Origin: an uncultured virus (IMG/VR IMGVR_UViG_2660238384_000003)
Taxonomy: Duplodnaviria > Heunggongvirae > Uroviricota > Caudoviricetes
Virus record (IMG/VR): IMGVR_UViG_2660238384_000003
Span: 62,001-123,700 of that record
Reading direction: 5' to 3' (one strand)
DNA length: 61,700 bases
The translations under genes and the position numbers were made by a program. The notes below the pieces were generated by a model. It worked only from the letters and a program-made list of their open reading frames with translations, made no database searches and was not told where the DNA came from. This document shows positions 56,308 through 61,700 of this stretch, in pieces. The stretch's first letter is position 1. Each line of letters begins with the position of its first letter.

Positions 56308-56552
56308 GCGACTATCGAGTTTGGTGCCCTGACTACGGCCAGGAAGAAGAAGACGCGATGCACATCCGCGATTCGTACGACCACGCCGCCGCAGCATGTG
56401 ACTGGGCCGAGCAATATGAGCGGAGAAATGCTGACTACAGCATCGCCGATGGCGGATGCGTGACGGTAATAGTCCATCGCCTCGGAGGGGATACGCAAAC
56501 CTTCGCGGTATCCGGATATGCGCGTCCAACATATTCCGCAACCGCTATCTAG
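56304..56552 (+). CDS. Hypothetical protein
   Basis: 82 aa, ATGA-coupled. Confidence 0.6.
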   Translation: MSDYRVWCPDYGQEEEDAMHIRDSYDHAAAACDWAEQYERRNADYSIADGGCVTVIVHRLGGDTQTFAVSGYARPTYSATAI

Positions 56553-56560
56553 GAGCAACC

Positions 56561-56857
56561 ATGAGCCGACTGACCGCTGAGAAGGCGCGCGACATTGCGC
56601 GCGCACAAGATCCCGCATTCGCCGTCGACACCATCCTGGCAGGCATCGCAAAAGCAGCCGCCGAAGGCAAGTACGTGTACACCACACGTGACTATGGGTT
56701 CGGCACCAATACCTACTGCAACGAATGCGATTACCCGAAGCTCTGTATCGCGATCCTGAAGGAACTGCGCGGGCTCGGTTACGTCTGCGCCGTGCGAGCC
56801 GAAGAGCGCCAGTTCGTTGACCTGTGGCTTGAAGTGAAATGGGGAGAAAAGACATGA
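56561..56857 (+). CDS. Hypothetical protein
   Basis: MSRLTAEKAR.., AGGAG SD. Confidence 0.6.
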   Translation: MSRLTAEKARDIARAQDPAFAVDTILAGIAKAAAEGKYVYTTRDYGFGTNTYCNECDYPKLCIAILKELRGLGYVCAVRAEERQFVDLWLEVKWGEKT

Positions 56858-57348
56858 CCGACCACGCAGAGCTGCGGAGGCTGTCTGAGGTGGCAACGCC
56901 TGGGGAATGGCGAACCGGGGACGGCGACGATTCGCTTCCTGACTGCGTTTTGTCCGGCGAATTCGTTGTCTGCGAGCACGCAGGTGGAGACGTGGATTAC
57001 ATCGCAGCCGCCAACCCCAAGACCGTCCTCGCCCTGCTGGACGAGATCGACGGGCTGAACGACGAGTTATCCGCATGCACCGAGCATCCGGGCGGATGTG
57101 GGTATTGGCGCGAGGCCGCCAAGCGTAGAGCCGAAGAGCGCGACCGGCTGAGGGCGCAGAACGATGCGCTGCGGGGAGCGCTACATGCCGTTCAAGCCGA
57201 GGTCGACGGGAATCTCCGACCACTTACCCGCGATCTCGTGAACATGGTCAGCGGCTTGAATAACGGCACTCACCCGAATGACATCTACGAACACTGCGAC
57301 GAGATCGAAAGGATCATCGGAGCAGCCCTGGAAGGAGCCAAGCCATGA
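56854..57348 (+). CDS. Ead/Ea22-like protein
   Basis: ATPGEW..YIAAANPKTVLALLDEID. Confidence 0.8.
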   Translation: MTDHAELRRLSEVATPGEWRTGDGDDSLPDCVLSGEFVVCEHAGGDVDYIAAANPKTVLALLDEIDGLNDELSACTEHPGGCGYWREAAKRRAEERDRLRAQNDALRGALHAVQAEVDGNLRPLTRDLVNMVSGLNNGTHPNDIYEHCDEIERIIGAALEGAKP

Positions 57349-57881
57349 CCGATATCAACAAACTGAAGGAATTGGCGGTGCGTGCTCTTCCATTTGCACC
57401 AGGGGAATGGTTCGTGGAGAACGGAATCGACCAAGTGCGCGATTGCGCGAACGATTTCGTTTGTGAGACGGGCGAGGATGAGCCAATCAAGGCATCCTTC
57501 ATCGCCGTCGCCAATCCACAAGCCATTCTCAAGCTGATTGCCGAGGTTGAGCTGCTGAGCGCTCGGCTCAAGGCGGAGAACTGCGCCCACAAGGACACGC
57601 AGAAACACTGCGAGTGGTTGGTGCAGGGCTTGAAGGAGTGCGCAAGCGCCCTGCCTGGCACCTACTACATGGACCCTCCAGACGGCGGCAATGTCAGCAT
57701 TCCAGAGCAGATTCGGCGTATGGCGAAGGACGCCGCGCGCTACCGGTGGCTGCGAGAGCGAGACCTCGAAACGATCAGACAAGGCGGCGTATTCGCCGGG
57801 ATGACCCCTGAGAACATCGTACTCAACCAGGAAGACCTGGACGCTGAAATCGACGCAGCCCTAGAAGGAGCAACGCAATGA
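57345..57881 (+). CDS. Ead/Ea22-like protein
   Basis: FIAVANPQAILKLIAEVE..DAARYRWLR. Confidence 0.75.
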   Translation: MTDINKLKELAVRALPFAPGEWFVENGIDQVRDCANDFVCETGEDEPIKASFIAVANPQAILKLIAEVELLSARLKAENCAHKDTQKHCEWLVQGLKECASALPGTYYMDPPDGGNVSIPEQIRRMAKDAARYRWLRERDLETIRQGGVFAGMTPENIVLNQEDLDAEIDAALEGATQ

Positions 57882-58276
57882 ACGACCGCGAGCTACTCGA
57901 ACTGGCGGCGCGGGCGGCTGGAATTCCTGATGCATTGTATTTGGACTGTGTGGCACAGGATATGTACCACCCGAGAGACGGAGAAGCAGGCATTGAAGTA
58001 AACCATCGGGACACGCGATGGAGTTGTTTGGCTATTGACGGCGTATGGAACCCGCGTGATGACGATGGCGACGCGCTGAGGCTGGCTGTGCGTCTGAACA
58101 TGGATATCCGCTACGAAAGCTATGACTCAGGTGTCGCCGTCATAGTGGGCGGCGCTTGGGATGGCGCGCCGGAAGCGGTACACGAAATATTCGAACGTGA
58201 CGGCCCGCGTGCAACTCGGCGAGCAATCGTCCGCGCCGCCGCCGAGATCGGCAAGTCTATGGGAGGTTGGGAGTGA
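57878..58276 (+). CDS. Hypothetical protein
   Basis: ELLELAARAAG..WNPRDDDGDALRLAV..ATRRAIVRAAAEIG. Confidence 0.7.
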   Translation: MNDRELLELAARAAGIPDALYLDCVAQDMYHPRDGEAGIEVNHRDTRWSCLAIDGVWNPRDDDGDALRLAVRLNMDIRYESYDSGVAVIVGGAWDGAPEAVHEIFERDGPRATRRAIVRAAAEIGKSMGGWE

Positions 58277-58728
58277 GCGACGCACCCATTGAACCCCATG
58301 AATACCTCTACGGCGTAAAGGTCGTCCAGATCGAGGACTTGCGGGTGGCACGAGGGCTTACCCGACGCCCCGTTTCATCCTGCCGTCACAGGAAAATGGT
58401 CTACGACGAAAAGGAGCGCCGCATCTGGTGCAGCGATTGTGAAACTGAGGTCGAGCCATTTGATGCCTTCATGCACCTGGTACAGGTATTCGACGGCGGC
58501 TTGAAGGACTTGAACAGGCGCCGCCGAGAGTTGCATGAGGCAGAGCAGTTTGCAATCCGCAGCCGTGCGGCCAAGGTGATCGACGAAGCGTGGCGCAGCA
58601 CGAAGATGGCTCCGCTTTGCCCACACTGCAATGAGGCGCTTCTCCCGGAAGACGTTGTAAAGGGAGTTGCCACGGCGTCCAAGCAACTGATCATCGCTCG
58701 CCGCAACAAGCAGAAACGACCGAAGTAA
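58273..58728 (+). CDS. Hypothetical zinc-binding protein
   Basis: CRH..WCSDC..CPHC. Confidence 0.7.
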   Translation: MSDAPIEPHEYLYGVKVVQIEDLRVARGLTRRPVSSCRHRKMVYDEKERRIWCSDCETEVEPFDAFMHLVQVFDGGLKDLNRRRRELHEAEQFAIRSRAAKVIDEAWRSTKMAPLCPHCNEALLPEDVVKGVATASKQLIIARRNKQKRPK

Positions 58729-58905
58729 CCCAGCCGGGCCCACTAGGGCCTCTTCCTGACGCCCGCCCGGCTGGGCTCCAAATCCTACCAGAAGGCCTGA
58801 CCGAGCAGTTAACCCCCATATTGCCCTATGCGGGCGCCCTGCCCGGCCAAGCCTCCACGAATTCTACCCGCCAACCCGATGCCGTTGATCGGCCAAGGTC
58901 TCGCT

Positions 58906-59220
58906 ATGTCTTTGATTTCAGTTGAGGCGGCCGCCGGCATTCTCGGCGTGAGCCGCAGGACCGCGTACCGCTACGCGGACGAAAAGCTGATCCCGGTGGT
59001 CAGGTTCAAAAAGACCATCCGGGTACACAAGGAAAAGCTCGAACAGATGCTTGAAGAGGAAGCCGCTGCTAGCATGCGCGACGCGGTCGGCGTACCGGAG
59101 GAAGTATGCCGTACAAGAGAAACGACTCCGCCTACTGGTGGATCTCTTTCAAATCAGCAACAGGAAAGCTTGTTAGACGCTCTTCTGGAACTGCCGACTA
59201 CTCGGCGGCGAAAGCACTAG
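58906..59220 (+). CDS. xis: Excisionase (HTH)
   Basis: ISVEAAAGILGVSRRTAYRY..IPVVRF; overlaps the start of int. Confidence 0.8.
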   Translation: MSLISVEAAAGILGVSRRTAYRYADEKLIPVVRFKKTIRVHKEKLEQMLEEEAAASMRDAVGVPEEVCRTRETTPPTGGSLSNQQQESLLDALLELPTTRRRKH

Positions 59221-60215
59221 AGCAACAGGAGCGCGCGAAAGCGTGGAAGGAAAAGGAGATGGGCGTTAATCCGCCCAGGACCTTTGAGGAGGTGATCATT
59301 CCGTACCTGCAGCACGCTCGCCAGCATCAGCGCAGCTACGAAACGACCGTGCACCGCATAAAGCCGCTGCGCGAGTATTTTGCCGGACGCGTGGTCAACG
59401 ATCTAGGGGGCCAGGACATCCGGGGATACGGAGCGCATCGGTTGGATGCCGGCGCATCCCCGGCAACCATCAACCGAGAACTCGCCGCACTGTCCGCGGC
59501 GATCAACCACTGCAACACGGAACTGGAGTGGGCCCTTCCTAACCCGGTGAAGGGACGGAAGATGCGCGAGGCCGAGGGGCGTGATCGTTGGCTGACCAGA
59601 GCAGAGGTCGAGGCCCTGTGCCGCGCCGCGCGCGTCCAGAAGTTTGGCCCGATGCTCGAGGACTTCATCCGCCTAGCGGTGAACACCGGATGCCGGCGGG
59701 AGGAAATGCTTGGCCTGGAGTGGCGCAGAGTGGATTTCGCCAATCGACTGATCTACTTGGAGGCATCCCACACGAAGGCAGGCAAGCGCCGGAGCATCCC
59801 GATCAACGAAGGGGCGATGGCAGCACTAAAGCGACGAATGGCATTCAGGTCCGAGACCAGCCCGGAATGCCCCTGGGTCTTTGCGCGCGCTAACGGTGAT
59901 CGAGTGGTATCGCTTTCGGCCGGCTTCAAGCAGGCCTGCCAGGCAGCGAAGATTGCGGACTTTACGATTCACGACCTGCGCCACACCTGCGCGGCATGGC
60001 TGGTAAGCGCCGGCGTTCCGTTGGCGGATGTACGGGATCTGCTCGGACACTCGACAGTCGCGATGACTGAGCGATATGCCCACCTTGCTCCGGCTAGGGT
60101 AAGGGATGCGGTTGGGGTTCTTGATCAAGTCCGTGAAAGTCGCATTTCACGTTCTGTTCACGTTGATAATCCAGCGCATCTACATGGAGGGTCGCTGAAG
60201 CTCGTAAACACTTGA
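59106..60215 (+). CDS. int: Prophage tyrosine integrase
   Basis: NTGCRREE, TKAGK, HDLRH, LLGH..TERY; ends 9 bp before att. Confidence 0.96.
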   Translation: MPYKRNDSAYWWISFKSATGKLVRRSSGTADYSAAKALEQQERAKAWKEKEMGVNPPRTFEEVIIPYLQHARQHQRSYETTVHRIKPLREYFAGRVVNDLGGQDIRGYGAHRLDAGASPATINRELAALSAAINHCNTELEWALPNPVKGRKMREAEGRDRWLTRAEVEALCRAARVQKFGPMLEDFIRLAVNTGCRREEMLGLEWRRVDFANRLIYLEASHTKAGKRRSIPINEGAMAALKRRMAFRSETSPECPWVFARANGDRVVSLSAGFKQACQAAKIADFTIHDLRHTCAAWLVSAGVPLADVRDLLGHSTVAMTERYAHLAPARVRDAVGVLDQVRESRISRSVHVDNPAHLHGGSLKLVNT

Positions 60216-60224
60216 TTTAGAAGG

Positions 60225-60309
60225 TGGTGCGGACGGAGAGACTCGAACTCTCACGCCTTGCGGCGCTGGAACCTAAATCCAGTGTGTCTACCAATTCCAC
60301 CACGTCCGC
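60225..60309 (-). tRNA. tRNA-Leu(TAG), integration target
   Basis: 85-nt cloverleaf with long variable arm, loop TTTAGGT, CCA. Confidence 0.97.
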
Positions 60310-60363
60310 GGGACACTGCTTGGAAATGAAAACGCCAGGCCCCGGGCCTGGCGCTTCGGAATA

Positions 60364-60440
60364 TGGGGTGGACGATGGGAATCGAACCCACGACACCAGG
60401 AGCCACAATCCTGTGCTCTACCAACTGAGCTACGCCCACC
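60364..60440 (-). tRNA. tRNA-His(GTG)
   Basis: Cloverleaf, loop TTGTGGC, G-1, CCA. Confidence 0.97.
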
Positions 60441-60490
60441 ATATTACGACTTGCGGTAAAACATCGCCTGCTTCTTGCCGATTCGCCGAA

Positions 60491-60567
60491 TGGCGCACCC
60501 GGCAGGACTCGAACCTGCGACCATCCGCTTAGAAGGCGGATGCTCTATCCAGCTGAGCTACGGGCGC
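60491..60567 (-). tRNA. tRNA-Arg(TCT)
   Basis: Cloverleaf, loop CTTCTAA, CCA. Confidence 0.97.
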
Positions 60568-60684
60568 TTTATTCATCTGCATTCAATGCTGAGCGCAAAC
60601 TTTAAGCTCTGGCAATCACAAAGTCAGCAACCGACTTGCTTTACCTCTTACCCTGCGTCCGGCTGTGCTCGGCAAGCGGGGCGC

Positions 60685-60713
60685 ATGTTATACAGGGGGC
60701 GAAAGGCCGTCAA
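60685..60713 (-). promoter_or_regulatory. Promoter of the tRNA operon
   Basis: TTGACG-N17-TAACAT, GC-rich discriminator, upstream A/T tract. Confidence 0.65.
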
Positions 60714-60845
60714 CGGGTTTTTTAAAAAAATTCAGCTATATAAAGGAGTTACGGCAAATCCACGGGTCGCCTCCTTTGCCCCGGGCGGCGTCCATGCGAA
60801 AATGCGCGTCCTTTTTCCACCCGATTCGATGGTTACCCTTCCGAC

Positions 60846-61700
60846 ATGACCGCACAACTGATCGACGGCAAAGCGATCGCCGCCAACCTTCGCCAGCAGA
60901 TAGCCCAACGCGTGACCGAGCGCCGCCAGCAAGGCCTGCGCGTTCCCGGCCTGGCGGTGATCCTGGTCGGCACCGATCCGGCCTCTCAGGTCTATGTGGC
61001 GCACAAGCGCAAGGACTGCGAGGAAGTCGGCTTTCTCTCCCAGGCCTACGATCTTCCCGCCGAAACCAGCCAGGACGACCTGCTGGCCCTGATCGACCGC
61101 CTGAACGACGACACCGCCATCGACGGCATCCTGGTCCAGCTACCCCTGCCCGCCCACCTGGACGCCTCCCTGCTGCTGGAGCGTATCCACCCGGACAAGG
61201 ACGTGGACGGTTTCCATCCCTACAACATCGGCCGCCTGGCCCAGCGCATGCCCCTCCTGCGCCCCTGCACCCCGAAAGGCATCATGACCCTGCTCGCCAG
61301 CACCGGCGCCGACCTGTACGGCATGGATGCGGTCGTGGTCGGCGCCTCGAACATCGTCGGCCGACCCATGGCTCTGGAGTTGCTGCTGGGTGGCTGCACC
61401 GTCACAGTGACCCACCGCTTCACCCGCGACCTGGCCGACCATGTGTCGCGCGCCGACCTGGTGGTGGTCGCTGCCGGCAAGCCGGGACTGGTCAAGGGCG
61501 AGTGGATCAAGGAAGGCGCCATCGTCATCGACGTCGGCATCAACCGCCAGGCCGACGGCCGACTGGTCGGCGACGTGGAATACGAAGTGGCAGCGCAACG
61601 CGCCAGCTGGATCACCCCGGTGCCGGGCGGCGTCGGGCCGATGACCCGCGCCTGCCTGCTGGAAAATACCCTGCACGCCGCCGAACACCTGCACGACTGA
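60846..61700 (+). CDS. folD: Methylenetetrahydrofolate dehydrogenase/cyclohydrolase
   Basis: [33 protein letters not shown]. Confidence 0.98.
   Translation: MTAQLIDGKAIAANLRQQIAQRVTERRQQGLRVPGLAVILVGTDPASQVYVAHKRKDCEEVGFLSQAYDLPAETSQDDLLALIDRLNDDTAIDGILVQLPLPAHLDASLLLERIHPDKDVDGFHPYNIGRLAQRMPLLRPCTPKGIMTLLASTGADLYGMDAVVVGASNIVGRPMALELLLGGCTVTVTHRFTRDLADHVSRADLVVVAAGKPGLVKGEWIKEGAIVIDVGINRQADGRLVGDVEYEVAAQRASWITPVPGGVGPMTRACLLENTLHAAEHLHD

Noticed and set aside
60334..60352. Palindrome GCCAGGCCCCGGGCCTGGC
   Set aside because: Ordinary spacer hairpin between host tRNA genes
61140..61694. Minus-strand ORFs within folD
   Set aside because: Antisense shadows of a high-GC housekeeping gene

Overview
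The window holds a complete ~56 kb lambdoid (D3/HK97-like, cos-packaging siphovirus) Pseudomonas prophage at 4165..60280. It is bounded by a 56-bp direct repeat of the 3' part of tRNA-Leu(TAG) and sits beside the host tRNA-Arg/His/Leu cluster and folD, an arrangement typical of P. aeruginosa. To its left is the end of a second element inserted at the same tRNA, with a P4-type integrase, an AT-rich three-gene cargo (STAS+HATPase kinase, STAS protein, membrane protein) and AlpA. Best candidates for new biology: (1) a GT9-like glycosyltransferase, a SAM methyltransferase and a Maf/GT42-like transferase embedded among the head/neck genes, the last apparently made by a -1 frameshift (C CCA AAG) from the small gene after the major capsid gene, suggesting virion glycosylation; (2) a trypsin-like protease paired with a stand-alone prodomain-like protein at the lambda rexAB position; (3) the STAS/HATPase/membrane module on the island; (4) a tRNA-like structured ncRNA in the early operon. 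Several single-base homopolymer frameshifts may be sequencing errors. Family assignments come from motif recognition by eye, with no database searches.
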